DNA of 64,000 nt from Planctomycetota bacterium (GCA_038521625.1 JBCBKP010000001.1:75247-139246), one strand, 5' to 3'. Positions 36,944-46,382 are shown, numbered from the stretch's first letter. Made by a program: numbers and translations. Notes: generated from the letters alone by a model not told the origin.

Positions 36944-38374
36944 TCAGGTGTTCGCGCCGGCGTGCTTCCGCGCGTCGGTGCGGGCGATGATGTCGCTGAC
37001 GCCGGTCTGGTTGAAGCCCTTGAACCCGTCGTTGCGCTCGAGGTTCTCGAGGTGGCTGCCCAGGGCGCCGTCCTTGCGGAAGCTGTCCGCCTGCTCGCGG
37101 GTGATCCAGCCCTTGTCGACGCAGAGCCCGAGCCGCTGCTCGACGGGGATCCACAGCTCGCCCTCTGTGAACGCCTGGCGGAGGTAGGGGAAGGTCGTGA
37201 ACGGGGCCATGGTCTTGATGCCCGACTCACGCTCGAGCTGGTTGACCAGCGAGGCGTGGTCGAACTGGCACTCGAGGTGGTGCATGCCCGCCTGGAGCAT
37301 GCTCTCGCCGTGCAGGGCGGTCCACAGGCCGACGGTGCCGACGCTCTCGGCGTCGGAGACCTCGAAGCCCTCGTGGGCGAAGTCGCCGTGGATCTCCTCG
37401 GCGGACATGTCGACGTCGGCGAAGACCACGATCTTGGTGACCGGCTGCTCGAGGACCTGGGCGCCCCAGTTCGCCTCGGCGCCGGCGTAGAAGCGCTCGC
37501 GGCAGTGCAGGCCGAGCTTCTCGAGGATCTCGATGACACGCGGGAAGTTCTGGCGGCTGCAGCGGTAGGTGTGGTGGTCGTGGTTGGCCCAGCCGAGGCC
37601 GAGCTTCTGCTGGCGGGCGTACTGGACCTGCGCGGCGCGGTTGCGGCGCTGCCAGTACTCGCGCTCGGTGCGGAAGAAGATGTCGCAGGCCCAGTCGCGG
37701 CCCAGCTCCTCGACGGCGGCGTCGACCATGTTGCTCAGGTCGTCGAAGCCGCGGGTGTCGGCCTCGGCGCCGACGCCGAAGTCGCGCGGGCGGCTGCGGA
37801 GCCGCTCGGCGTGGTGCGCCGCGGCGATCCGGTCCTCGGGCAGGTCCTCGGTGAGGCCGAAGCCGTCGTAGCCGCGCCGGGCCATGACCCACAGCGCCGC
37901 GCGGTCGCCCATCATCGCCGGGGCCCAGCGGGCGCGGCTGAGCGGCTCGCCCTGGGCGTGCTCGATGCCGGGGATCTGCTGCGCGGCGAAGAAGTCGCTG
38001 ACGCGCTCGACCTTGACGCCGACCGACATGCGGTCGCTCTCGGTGAGCAGGACGTCGCAGAACAGTCCTTTGCGCTGCTCGAAGGCGTAGCCGATGTCCT
38101 CGTCGGCGAACTCGGTGGTCTTGGGCGTGAAGCCGGCGGCCTCGAGCTGCCCGCGGATCTCGTCGTTGTTGGGCGTGAGGATGACGCCGACCCAGTCCTT
38201 GAACCGCGTGCCGGTCTCGTCACGCATGCGGTCGGCGAGCCGCTGCGCGTCGGGGCAGCGGGCGAGGAACGTCGTCAGGAGCGAATCGATGAGCTTCTGC
38301 GCCTCGGGCTGCGGCTCCCACTGCCAGTTGCCCACGGTCGGATCGGCGGCGGGCTGGGACGGGGCGGTTGTCAT
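36944..38374 (-). CDS. DUF1338/YdcJ-like (HglS-family 2-oxoadipate dioxygenase/decarboxylase?) protein, tentative
   Basis: 476 aa. His-rich segments GWANHDHHTYRCSRQNFPRV and ALHGESMLQAGMHHLECQFD; length and motif order resemble my memory of E. coli YdcJ. Recalled from memory, so hedged. Confidence 0.35.
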   Translation of the reverse strand: MTTAPSQPAADPTVGNWQWEPQPEAQKLIDSLLTTFLARCPDAQRLADRMRDETGTRFKDWVGVILTPNNDEIRGQLEAAGFTPKTTEFADEDIGYAFEQRKGLFCDVLLTESDRMSVGVKVERVSDFFAAQQIPGIEHAQGEPLSRARWAPAMMGDRAALWVMARRGYDGFGLTEDLPEDRIAAAHHAERLRSRPRDFGVGAEADTRGFDDLSNMVDAAVEELGRDWACDIFFRTEREYWQRRNRAAQVQYARQQKLGLGWANHDHHTYRCSRQNFPRVIEILEKLGLHCRERFYAGAEANWGAQVLEQPVTKIVVFADVDMSAEEIHGDFAHEGFEVSDAESVGTVGLWTALHGESMLQAGMHHLECQFDHASLVNQLERESGIKTMAPFTTFPYLRQAFTEGELWIPVEQRLGLCVDKGWITREQADSFRKDGALGSHLENLERNDGFKGFNQTGVSDIIARTDARKHAGANT

Positions 38375-38599
38375 CGGGCTCTCCTTCGGGCGCGGCTCCG
38401 GCCGAGATGGGGATCGCGGCCTCCGCAGGCATCATTCGCAGCCCGATCGACCCACCTCAAGCGCCGGCGACCAACTCTCGGCCCGCCCGGCTTCAGGCTG
38501 CACCGGGGCGGGCGATCCGGACGATGCATACCACTGCCGGGCGGCCGTCGCGGCCGTTCGACTGTCAAGCGGCCTCGCGGCCAGCGGGAGGGCCCGGAG

Positions 38600-39919
38600 A
38601 TGGATCGGTTCGTGATCGAGGGCGGGCGCCGGCTCGAGGGGCGGCTGACGGTCAACGGCTCCAAGAACGCGGCGCTGCCGCTGATGGCCGCGCCGCTGCT
38701 GACCGACCGGGCGGTGACGCTGCGGGGCGTGCCGGGGCTGGCGGACATCGCGAACATGCGTCGGCTCCTCGCCGAGCTGGGGGTGGAGATCGGCGCCGCC
38801 GCCGAGCGGCCGACCGACCCGCCCGGCGCGGGCGTGACGCTGCGGTCGGCCGACGAGACCCGGTCCCACGCGCGGTACGACATCGTCCGGACCATGCGGG
38901 CGAGCATCTGCGTTCTCGGACCGCTGCTGGCGCGGCGCGGCTCGGCGAAGGTCTCGATGCCCGGCGGCTGCGCGATCGGGCAGCGCCCGGTCGACCTGCA
39001 CCTGCGCGGGCTGCGGGCGCTCGGGGCGACGATCGAGCTCGACGGGGGCGACATCGTCGCCGAGGCGCCCGGCGGGAAGCTGCGGGGCGACACGATCTTC
39101 ATGGGCGGCCCGTTCGGCAGCACGGTGCTCGGGACGGCCAACGTGCTCAGCGCCGCGACGCTGGCCGAGGGCACCACGGTGATCGAGGCGGCCGCCTGCG
39201 AGCCCGAGATCGTCGACCTGGCCAAGCTGCTGACGGCGATGGGCGCGCGGATCGAGGGCGCCGGCTCGCCCCGGATCACGGTCCACGGCGTCGACGAGCT
39301 CGGCGGCGCCGAGCACGCGGTCATGCCCGACCGGATCGAGGCGGCGACCTACATGTGCGCCGCGGCGATCACCGGCGGCGACGTGCTGCTCGAGCGGTGC
39401 CCGCTCGACGCGCTGCTCGCCGTGGTCGATCGGCTGCACGCGATCGGCGTGAAGGTCGAGCGGGCGCGCCCGGACCAGGACGCGATCGCCTGCGACGTGC
39501 GTGTGACCGCCGGGCACGAGCTCAGGCCCGTCGAAGTGACGACACAGCCGCACCCCGGCTTTCCGACCGACGCGCAGGCGCAGCTGATGGCGCTGCTGTG
39601 TCTGGCGGACGGCAACAGCGTGGTGACCGAGAAGATCTTCCCCGAGCGGTTCATGCACGTCGCCGAGCTGAGCCGCATGGGCGCCAGCCTGTTCCGCCAG
39701 GGCGCGACCGTGGTCGTCTCGGGCGTGCGGGGATTGACGGGGGCGCCGGTGATGGCGAGCGACCTGCGGGCCTCGGCCGGGCTGGTGCTGGCGGGTCTGG
39801 CGGCTCGCGGCACGACGATCGTCAACCGCGTGTACCACCTCGACCGCGGCTACGAGCAGATGGAAGAACGCCTCGCCAAGCTGGGCGCCGCGATCGAGCG
39901 GACGGGCGAGAGCGACTGA
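38600..39919 (+). CDS. murA: UDP-N-acetylglucosamine 1-carboxyvinyltransferase
   Basis: ATG at 38600 is preceded by GGGAGG. Product begins MDRFVIEGGRRLEGRLTVNGSKNAALPLMAA. Active-site PGGCAIGQRPVDLH is present and the C-terminus ...VYHLDRGYEQMEERL. The listed ORF 36962..39919 is over-extended through antisense DNA. Confidence 0.93.
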   Translation: MDRFVIEGGRRLEGRLTVNGSKNAALPLMAAPLLTDRAVTLRGVPGLADIANMRRLLAELGVEIGAAAERPTDPPGAGVTLRSADETRSHARYDIVRTMRASICVLGPLLARRGSAKVSMPGGCAIGQRPVDLHLRGLRALGATIELDGGDIVAEAPGGKLRGDTIFMGGPFGSTVLGTANVLSAATLAEGTTVIEAAACEPEIVDLAKLLTAMGARIEGAGSPRITVHGVDELGGAEHAVMPDRIEAATYMCAAAITGGDVLLERCPLDALLAVVDRLHAIGVKVERARPDQDAIACDVRVTAGHELRPVEVTTQPHPGFPTDAQAQLMALLCLADGNSVVTEKIFPERFMHVAELSRMGASLFRQGATVVVSGVRGLTGAPVMASDLRASAGLVLAGLAARGTTIVNRVYHLDRGYEQMEERLAKLGAAIERTGESD

Positions 39920-39920
39920 G

Positions 39921-40340
39921 TCAGCGCCTCAGCGTCAGACGCCCGAGGCTGCGCAGGCCGTCGGTTCCGGCCCCGAACTCGAGCCCCGCGACGCGGCGAC
40001 CCAGTCCGAGGTCGAGCAGCGACGAGCCGGCCGGCCACGCGGGCCGCGGCGGCGTGATCCAGGCGATCTTCGCGTGCCGTGTCGAATCGGGGGCGATCCC
40101 GGTCGCGGCCCGACGCGTGGCGCGGGCGTCGTCTTCCTCCGCGAGCGACTCGCCCGTGAACGACCCCGCGGCCGGGATCCTCATCGATGTGACCGCGGCC
40201 CGGGCCGAGCGCGGGTACTCGAACGGCGCGGCGAGCAGCGAGCGCGAGGCGCCGCCCATCGCGGACGTCCGGAACAGGTGCGTCTGGGCGGGCGCGGCGC
40301 CGGCGCACAGGATGACGGCGAGCATCGCGGTTCGTCGCAT
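39921..40340 (-). CDS. small secreted hypothetical protein (139 aa)
   Basis: ATG at 40340 gives MRRTAMLAVILCAGAAPAQTHLF, a signal peptide. The stop is 2 bp from the murA stop, so the two genes converge. Confidence 0.4.
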   Translation of the reverse strand: MRRTAMLAVILCAGAAPAQTHLFRTSAMGGASRSLLAAPFEYPRSARAAVTSMRIPAAGSFTGESLAEEDDARATRRAATGIAPDSTRHAKIAWITPPRPAWPAGSSLLDLGLGRRVAGLEFGAGTDGLRSLGRLTLRR

Positions 40341-40561
40341 GACAGAGCCCCCTCTACGAGACCGGATCTTCCGTGGGGCCGCACGCGGCCCCGACCGGAC
40401 TCGCGACAAGTCCAGCCGATCGCCGCCGCGCGTTCAAGAGGGGTGGTTCGATGTAACGCGTTTCTTCAGCGCTCGCTCACACGAGAGCGTTTACATCGTG
40501 CAGTTATTCACACGAGATCGGACCATCGGGCCGCTCTGCGCGGCCCCCGATCAGGCAGGAC

Positions 40562-41164
40562 TCAGTCCGGCAGGCCGCGCGCGTCCAGGTCTTCGAGCCG
40601 ATCGACGAACGCGGCGCCGCACTCCGGGCAGGTCGTGGCGCCGGGCGCGCGCCCATAGCCGCACTCGATGCACTGGTTGCGTTCGAGGCGGACGACGATC
40701 CGGTAGCGGCGGTAGAGCGTCGCGGCGCCGACCGCGACAACGGCCAAGACGAGCAGCGCGCTGAGCACACCCGCCGCGAACTCGGCGACGCCGGTCCAGA
40801 CGATCTCGCTCGAGATGACGTGCTCGCGTCGCCCCATCCCGGTCAGCAGCGTGCGCGGGGCGCCGGCCGGCCACTCGATCTCGAGCGTCGCGAGGTCGTT
40901 GGCGGTGAGCGTGAGCAGCTCGGAGGTATCGACGACGATCACCTCCTCGGTCAGGAACCGCCCGCGGCAGAAGGGCAGCTCGCGCCCGCGTGCGAGATGG
41001 CTGACCCGCACGCTGACGCCGAGCGGGCTGATTTCCCTGACGTCGAGACCGTTCTGGATGAGTCGGTCCGGCCGGAAGCCGGGCATGGCGGCGGAGACGC
41101 GCCAGAGTCCGAGCGCGAGGAAGAGCAATACGCCGGCGAGCCACCATCCGCGGGGACGCTTCAC
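40562..41164 (-). CDS. membrane protein with C-terminal zinc ribbon (paralog 1 of 3)
   Basis: The GTG at 41164 overlaps the TGA of paralog 2 as GTGA. Product begins KRPRGWWLAGVLLFLALGLW, a TM helix. A ~130-aa variable periplasmic domain follows, then a second TM helix, then CIECGYGRAPGATTCPECGAAF. The listed upstream 27 codons are the alternate-frame reading of the paralog-2 tail. Confidence 0.6.
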   Translation of the reverse strand: MKRPRGWWLAGVLLFLALGLWRVSAAMPGFRPDRLIQNGLDVREISPLGVSVRVSHLARGRELPFCRGRFLTEEVIVVDTSELLTLTANDLATLEIEWPAGAPRTLLTGMGRREHVISSEIVWTGVAEFAAGVLSALLVLAVVAVGAATLYRRYRIVVRLERNQCIECGYGRAPGATTCPECGAAFVDRLEDLDARGLPD

Positions 41165-41775
41165 GCGTCGGTCCTCGTCGGGTTCGAGGATCCCGGCTCT
41201 GCGGACGAGGCGACCGGCCTGATCGGATAGGCCTCGCCGCACTCGGGGCAGCTATCGGTGCCCTCAGCGAGCGCATAGCCGCATGCCGGGCATTCGAATC
41301 GCGACCATCTCGCCGCACCGGTTGAACGTCGGATCTCTCGATAAGACCAGATCGAGAGCGACGCCAACGCGAGCGCGATCGCGATGAGGTAGAGGCCCGG
41401 CTCGACGAAGCCGAGCACCCAGAGCTGTTCATCTTGAGCATGCTCGTGCCGGCCTGCCGTTGTGAGCATCGCCTCGGGGAGGTTGCCCGCGGTTGTGACG
41501 CCCGATCGCCGAAGCATCGTCCTCGAGATCGGCATGTCATAGTTCTGCGAGACGACGGTCACGAACTCGCTGCTGTACGCTCCTCGTGCGAGGATGAACC
41601 GACGCTCTCGCACGCCGCCGACGACCTCGACTCGCCAGCCGAACAGCTCGCTTGCGTGGTCGAATGAATCTCGTGCGGGTCGCTCCGTTGGCAGCGCAAG
41701 ACCGGCCGAGCTGAACAACACGGCAAGACTCAATAGGAAGAAGCTGGGGAGCCGGCATCTACGGGGGCGATTCAC
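41161..41775 (-). CDS. membrane protein with C-terminal zinc ribbon (paralog 2 of 3)
   Basis: The GTG at 41775 overlaps the TGA of paralog 3. Product begins NRPRRCRLPSFFLLSLAVLF, a TM helix. The tail CPACGYALAEGTDSCPECGEAYPIRPVASSAEPGSSNPTRTDA is almost identical to that of paralog 3. Confidence 0.6.
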   Translation of the reverse strand: MNRPRRCRLPSFFLLSLAVLFSSAGLALPTERPARDSFDHASELFGWRVEVVGGVRERRFILARGAYSSEFVTVVSQNYDMPISRTMLRRSGVTTAGNLPEAMLTTAGRHEHAQDEQLWVLGFVEPGLYLIAIALALASLSIWSYREIRRSTGAARWSRFECPACGYALAEGTDSCPECGEAYPIRPVASSAEPGSSNPTRTDA

Positions 41776-42557
41776 GGGTCTGTCCTCGTCGGGTTCGAGG
41801 ATACCGGCTCTGCGGAGGAGGCGACCGGCCTGATCGGATAGGCCTCGCCGCACTCGGGGCAGGAGGTCCGGTCGGTCACCATCGGGTAGTCGCACGAGGG
41901 GCATCGACGCATCGCGATCCGGCCCGCGCGCGATCGGAGCCGATCGCTGGTCAGAAAGATCGCGATCAGCGAGAGGAGCGCGAGGCCGTACAACGCCCAG
42001 GATCCGTACCCCGCCAGCGCGGGACGCCAGCTGAACTCGGTGCGTCGGACCGTTGTCGTGCCCGGCTGGAAGCCGCGCTCGAGGCGCCACAGGTAGCTGA
42101 GGTGCCGGTAGCTGAACCAATTGATCGACGACCCGTCGCCGACTCGGTGCTCCAGGAGCGCGGCGTATAGCGCGTCGGACGCGATCGAGTGCTGCGTTCT
42201 GTTGTCGATGTCGACCGCGAGCTCGGTCCGCCAGAGCCCCGGCAGGAAGGTCTCGTCATGGCCGATGCTGACGTCGTACAGGACGTCGGCGTTCGGATCG
42301 CGAACCGGTGCGGCGGGCCAGGCACCCCGCGGCGCCACCGCGAGCGTTCCGTCCTCGCGGAGCATCAGCGATTCGGACGATGTGCCTGCGGTGCTGAGAT
42401 ACCTGCCCTCGCTCCGCGAAGCCCAGTCGCCCAGCGCCATCGCGAACGCGAGCGAGCCGAGCATGACGACGAGCAGGATCGCCAGGCGGATCCGGCGCCG
42501 GGGGAGAACGCGGGAGTTCGCGCGGATGAGGCGGTTGCTAGTCCTCGTCAAACCCAT
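41772..42557 (-). CDS. membrane protein with C-terminal zinc ribbon (paralog 3 of 3)
   Basis: ATG at 42557 gives MGLTRTSNRLIRANSRVLPRRRIRLAILLVVMLGSLAFAMALG, overlapping the HPr stop by 20 bp. The listed TTG at 42566 is an alternative. Tail: CPSCDYPMVTDRTSCPECGEAYPIRPVASSAEPVSSNPTRTDP. Confidence 0.6.
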   Translation of the reverse strand: MGLTRTSNRLIRANSRVLPRRRIRLAILLVVMLGSLAFAMALGDWASRSEGRYLSTAGTSSESLMLREDGTLAVAPRGAWPAAPVRDPNADVLYDVSIGHDETFLPGLWRTELAVDIDNRTQHSIASDALYAALLEHRVGDGSSINWFSYRHLSYLWRLERGFQPGTTTVRRTEFSWRPALAGYGSWALYGLALLSLIAIFLTSDRLRSRAGRIAMRRCPSCDYPMVTDRTSCPECGEAYPIRPVASSAEPVSSNPTRTDP

Positions 42558-42813
42558 GGTTGACAAGCTCTTTGAGGGCCTTGCAGCAGGCCGCGGCGTC
42601 CTCGCCCTCGGCGATGATCTCCAGGACGGTGCCCTTGGTCGCCGCCAGCATCATCATCGACATGATCGAGGAGGCGTCGGCTTCTTCGGCGCCCTTACGG
42701 ACCGTCACCTTGCTCTGGAAGCCCTGCGCGACATCGACGAACAGCATCGCCGGGCGCGCGTGCATCCCGAGCGGGTTGCTGATCGTGACCGTGATGGCGC
42801 AGCGCTCGGGCAC
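42538..42813 (-). CDS. HPr-family phosphocarrier protein (NPr/PtsH-like)
   Basis: 91 aa. ITVTISNPLGMHARPAMLFV places the active-site His in the GxHARPA context. Confidence 0.85.
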   Translation of the reverse strand: MPERCAITVTISNPLGMHARPAMLFVDVAQGFQSKVTVRKGAEEADASSIMSMMMLAATKGTVLEIIAEGEDAAACCKALKELVNHGFDED

Positions 42814-42902
42814 GCGGGCTTTCCGTTCGGGTCTGGTCGAGGTCGATCCGAACAGCGTCGACCCGGTCTTTTTCGATGCGGCGGGGCTCGAGTGGGCCTC
42901 GC

Positions 42903-43379
42903 CTAGCCGGCGAGCTGCTGCGCGTCGGCCTCTTTGAGCAGGTCGATGACCTCCTCGGCGGTCGAGGCCTGGCGCAGGAACCTCCGGAACGTGTCCTTGC
43001 TCAGGCTCTTGAAGATCACCTCCATCGCCTGCAGGTGCTCCTCCGGCCGGTCGGCGGGGCTCAGGAGCAGGACGATCGAGTAGACCGGCTGGCGGTCGAG
43101 GGCGGCGAACTCCACCCCGTTCGAGCTCAGGCCGATCGCCGCAGAGATCCGATCGATCTCCGGGTGCTTGACGTGCGGGACGGCGACGCCGCGCCCGAAG
43201 CCGGTCGAGCCCTTCTTCTCGCGTTCGATCATGAGACCGAGCAGGTCGCCGCGCCGCTCGGCGGGGGTGGCGCCCGATTCGATGAGCCTGTCGAGCAACT
43301 CCGCGAGCGCGTCGTCGCGCTCGGTGGCCCGCAGGTCTGTCACGATCGCGCCCTCTACGGCGATCTCCGTCAGCTTCAT
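42903..43379 (-). CDS. ptsN: PTS EIIA (fructose/mannitol/nitrogen-type, PtsN-like)
   Basis: ATG at 43379 is preceded by GGAGG and gives MKLTEIAVEGAIVTDL. GFGRGVAVPHVKHP places the active-site His as in EIIA-Ntr. 158 aa. The upstream 57 codons of the listed ORF are junk. Confidence 0.8.
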   Translation of the reverse strand: MKLTEIAVEGAIVTDLRATERDDALAELLDRLIESGATPAERRGDLLGLMIEREKKGSTGFGRGVAVPHVKHPEIDRISAAIGLSSNGVEFAALDRQPVYSIVLLLSPADRPEEHLQAMEVIFKSLSKDTFRRFLRQASTAEEVIDLLKEADAQQLAG

Positions 43380-43405
43380 ATCGGCCTCCGAGCGTCGGGC
43401 GCGCC

Positions 43406-43705
43406 TCAGCGTCGCTCGAGCTTGAGCTTCTCCTTGAAGTCCGTGAGCTGGCGGGTGGCCTTGTGGGTCGCGTCGTCGATCGCCTTGATCAGCGTCTCGC
43501 CGCGCCCGTGGGCCACGAAGTCGTCGTGCGTCTCGACATCGACGATGCACTCGGCGTGGAACTCGTGGTCGTTCGCACGGCTCAGCGTGTAGGTGATCTG
43601 CTGCGTCCGGTCGAAGTACTTCGTCAGCTTCGTGCCGGTCTCCTCGCAGCGGGCCTTGGCCTCATCACGCACGTCCAGATCCCGCCCGACCACATCGATC
43701 CGCAT
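43406..43705 (-). CDS. hpf: ribosome hibernation-promoting factor (short HPF/RaiA)
   Basis: ATG at 43705 is preceded by GGGAGG. Product: MRIDVVGRDLDVRDEAKARCEETGTKLTKYFDRTQQITYTLSRANDHEFHAECIVDVETHDDFVAHGRGETLIKAIDDATHKATRQLTDFKEKLKLERR. 99 aa. The rest of the 415-aa ORF 43406..44653 is antisense junk. Confidence 0.85.
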   Translation of the reverse strand: MRIDVVGRDLDVRDEAKARCEETGTKLTKYFDRTQQITYTLSRANDHEFHAECIVDVETHDDFVAHGRGETLIKAIDDATHKATRQLTDFKEKLKLERR

Positions 43706-43770
43706 CCGATTTCCCTCCCGCGAGTCCGTCATGGGCCAACAACCCCCGACCACACCACAGTCTAACAGAC

Positions 43771-44733
43771 TTAGGACGCCTCGCGATCCGAAAGCCCCGT
43801 CTTGGTGGGTGTGCGGGCCGATTCGTGCGCCGACTCGGCGTCGGCCACGAGCGAGCCCTCGCGGTCCGCCTTCACCGCCGGCTTTGGCAGGCTCGGGGCG
43901 TCGCTGTTCTCCTCGGTCGATTCGGGCGTCAGGACGCCGGCGGTGATCACGAACCGCAGCGCCTGCTCGACGGTCATGTCGAGCTTCTTGACCTCGTCGC
44001 GCCGGGCGTTGATCACGAAGCCGGTCATCGGCGTCGGCGAGGTCGGGACGAAGATCGAGACCATCTCGCCGCCGCCGGCCTCCCGCACCGCCTTGAAGCT
44101 GTTGCCGGTGACCAGGCCGACAGTCCAGACGCCCTCGCGGGGGTACTGGACGAGGACGACCTCGCTGAACGCCTTCATCGGGCTGTCGCCGAAGATCAGA
44201 TCGACGACCTGTTTGACGTGCGGGTAGACCTGCTTGAACCCGGGGATCCGGGCGATGAGCTTCTCGAGCCGGGTGTAGAGCTGCCTGCCGAGATAGTTGC
44301 TCAGCAGCAGGCCCGCGAGGTAGATCAGGACGATCGCGACCACGAGGCCGGTGGCGCCGAGGTACCAGTGCTTCTCCCACTCGCCCCGGAACTGATCGGC
44401 GCGGATGTCGTCGCGTGTTCTGGAGCGGAGCGAGGCGAGTTCTGCCTCGGTCTCGACCTCGCGGAGGACGCCCTCCTCCTGCTCCCGCGCGATGCGCCGG
44501 TCGATCTGCTCGTCGGTGACCTGGAACCACGTCGGCAGGTCGGTCTCTTCGACGAGCACCGGCGTGCCCCAGAGCACGGCGGCGCGGATGCCGGTGTTGA
44601 TCGGCTGCGCGACGTTGTTGTAGAGGAAGACCGAGACCTGGAAGAGCAGCCACAGGGTCACGATCGAGGGCAGCAGGATCGCCAGCCCTCGCCCGAAGAA
44701 CCGCTTGAAATCACCGCTGAACGACGAACTCAT
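43771..44733 (-). CDS. DUF502-family membrane protein
   Basis: N-terminal FGRGLAILLPSIVTLWLLFQV, then RIPGFKQVYPHVKQVVDLI, then GFVINARRDEVKKLDMTVEQALRFVITAGV, all as in DUF502. There is a ~70-aa insertion between the TM helices. 320 aa. Confidence 0.65.
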   Translation of the reverse strand: MSSSFSGDFKRFFGRGLAILLPSIVTLWLLFQVSVFLYNNVAQPINTGIRAAVLWGTPVLVEETDLPTWFQVTDEQIDRRIAREQEEGVLREVETEAELASLRSRTRDDIRADQFRGEWEKHWYLGATGLVVAIVLIYLAGLLLSNYLGRQLYTRLEKLIARIPGFKQVYPHVKQVVDLIFGDSPMKAFSEVVLVQYPREGVWTVGLVTGNSFKAVREAGGGEMVSIFVPTSPTPMTGFVINARRDEVKKLDMTVEQALRFVITAGVLTPESTEENSDAPSLPKPAVKADREGSLVADAESAHESARTPTKTGLSDREAS

Positions 44734-44853
44734 GCCGAGGCCGATGCCCTTCTCGATCGCCCGATGGGCCGGATAGTCCTACCCGGCGGGCCGCCGACAA
44801 GTTCATTCGTGCGCCGCAGCCCACGCTTCCATCGGCCGCCGCGTGTCCGCCAA

Positions 44854-44927
<74 letters not shown>

Positions 44928-45041
44928 CGGATGTCTCCGGCCCCGGGCGTCGCCCGGGCCGGCCCCAACGGTAGCCGCCCACGGACTCCGCTTCCAACAC
45001 GCGGACGGCCGGCTGCCGTGGCCGGACAGTCGCGACCCGCT

Positions 45042-46382
45042 TCAGTCGTGGGCGGTCTCGCGAAGCAGCCTGCCGGGCAGGAAGAGCCCGAGCGCCGAGG
45101 CGGCGGAGAGCACGACCGCCGCGATCAGGAAGGCGTGCTCGAGGTTGGCGTCGTTATCGGCGTGGATCGCCTCGGCGACCAGCGCGCCCACGATCGCGAA
45201 CATCCAGGCGCCGCCGAGCATCATGCCGCTGGCCAGCCCGGTCCGGTGGGGCAGGAGCCGCTGCGCGATCGAGAGGCTGACCGGGATCAGCGCGCCGAAG
45301 CCGATGCCGCCGAGAACGGCGATGGTGAACGCGGCGGGCAGCGTCGCCCAAGCCGCGGAGGATTCGAGACGGTCGGCGTAGGGGAAGCTCGCGACGACGA
45401 GCGTGCCGACCATCGGGATCACAATGAACGACAGCTTCTCGAGCCGGCGCCCGAGGCCGCTGACGAGCAAGGCGCCCAGGCCGATGCCGCCGATCCCCAT
45501 GCCGAGCTGCATCGCGGCCTGCAGCGGCCCGCTGGTCGCCGAGGCCTTGAGCCCGAGCTGCTCGTCGAGCGTGGTCACGCCGGCGCGGGCGGCGGTCAAC
45601 CGCTCGGACCACTCAATAAAGAGGTAGATCAGGGCGTTGTTGACGGCGAACCGGATGACGTTGGCGAAGTAGAGCAGCCAGACCGCGCCCCAGCGTCGCC
45701 TCTTCTCGGTCGCCGAGAGCGCGTGGTGGTCGTCGTGCGCGGTCGCGTGGCGGTGCGGGGTGTTGTGGATCGCGCGCCCGAGCACCATCGCCGTGAGCAG
45801 GCCGAGGGGCAGCAGGCCGATCAGCGCGTGGAGGCCGAAGGTGATCTGCGCAGCCTCGTCGCCGCCCGAAAGGGCGCCGGCGCCGCGGACGAACTGGGGC
45901 GTCAGCGCGTTGCCGACCATCCCGCCGAGCATGCCGGACATGAAGAACACGTTGAGCATGACCGAGCGCCGGCGCTTGCCGGCGAGCGTGCCGACGGTCG
46001 CCGCGGCGGGAGGGTGGAACGCCCCGACGCCCATCGAGCCGAGCAGGAAGAGCGTGAGCAAGACCGGGAAGTTGGGGGCGAAGCCGACGAGCGCGACGCA
46101 GACCGTCGCGACGACGACGCCCGCGGTGCCGAGCCAGCGGCTGTCGTGCCGGTCGGAAAGCCAGGCGACGACCGGCTGGACCGACCCGGAGGCGACGATG
46201 CCGAGGCCGATCAGCAGGGACTTCTCCTGGGTTGTGATGCCGAGGCGGACAGAGAGCAGCGGGAGCAGCGAGATCGTGATGAACTGGAGGAAGTCGACGC
46301 CGGTGTGGGCCCCGATCGGGATCCAGAGGCGTGGCGTTCGGGCCTCGATCGGGTGGTCCTTGGTCGCGGGGATCGTCGTCAA
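45042..46382 (-). CDS. MFS transporter
   Basis: 12 predicted TM helices and a Gly-rich MFS signature. 446 aa. The listed start is TTG; the exact start is uncertain. Confidence 0.8.
   Translation of the reverse strand: MTTIPATKDHPIEARTPRLWIPIGAHTGVDFLQFITISLLPLLSVRLGITTQEKSLLIGLGIVASGSVQPVVAWLSDRHDSRWLGTAGVVVATVCVALVGFAPNFPVLLTLFLLGSMGVGAFHPPAAATVGTLAGKRRRSVMLNVFFMSGMLGGMVGNALTPQFVRGAGALSGGDEAAQITFGLHALIGLLPLGLLTAMVLGRAIHNTPHRHATAHDDHHALSATEKRRRWGAVWLLYFANVIRFAVNNALIYLFIEWSERLTAARAGVTTLDEQLGLKASATSGPLQAAMQLGMGIGGIGLGALLVSGLGRRLEKLSFIVIPMVGTLVVASFPYADRLESSAAWATLPAAFTIAVLGGIGFGALIPVSLSIAQRLLPHRTGLASGMMLGGAWMFAIVGALVAEAIHADNDANLEHAFLIAAVVLSAASALGLFLPGRLLRETAHD

Noticed and set aside
34719-40764. 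ORFs 34719..35780 (-), 35698..36735 (-), 36962..38597 (+ part), 38368..40764 (+), 38432..39838 (-)
   Set aside because: They are shadows of the SRPBCC, DM13, HglS-like and murA genes, which have clear family motifs in their own frames.
40562-42120. N-terminal RRGLSDQAGRL(V/L)RRAGILEPDEDR peptide shared by ORFs 40562..41242 and 41161..42120
   Set aside because: The shared peptide is the alternate-frame translation of the duplicated zinc-ribbon tail DNA (41161-41250 / 41771-41860). The genes more likely start at the GTG embedded in the upstream stop codon.
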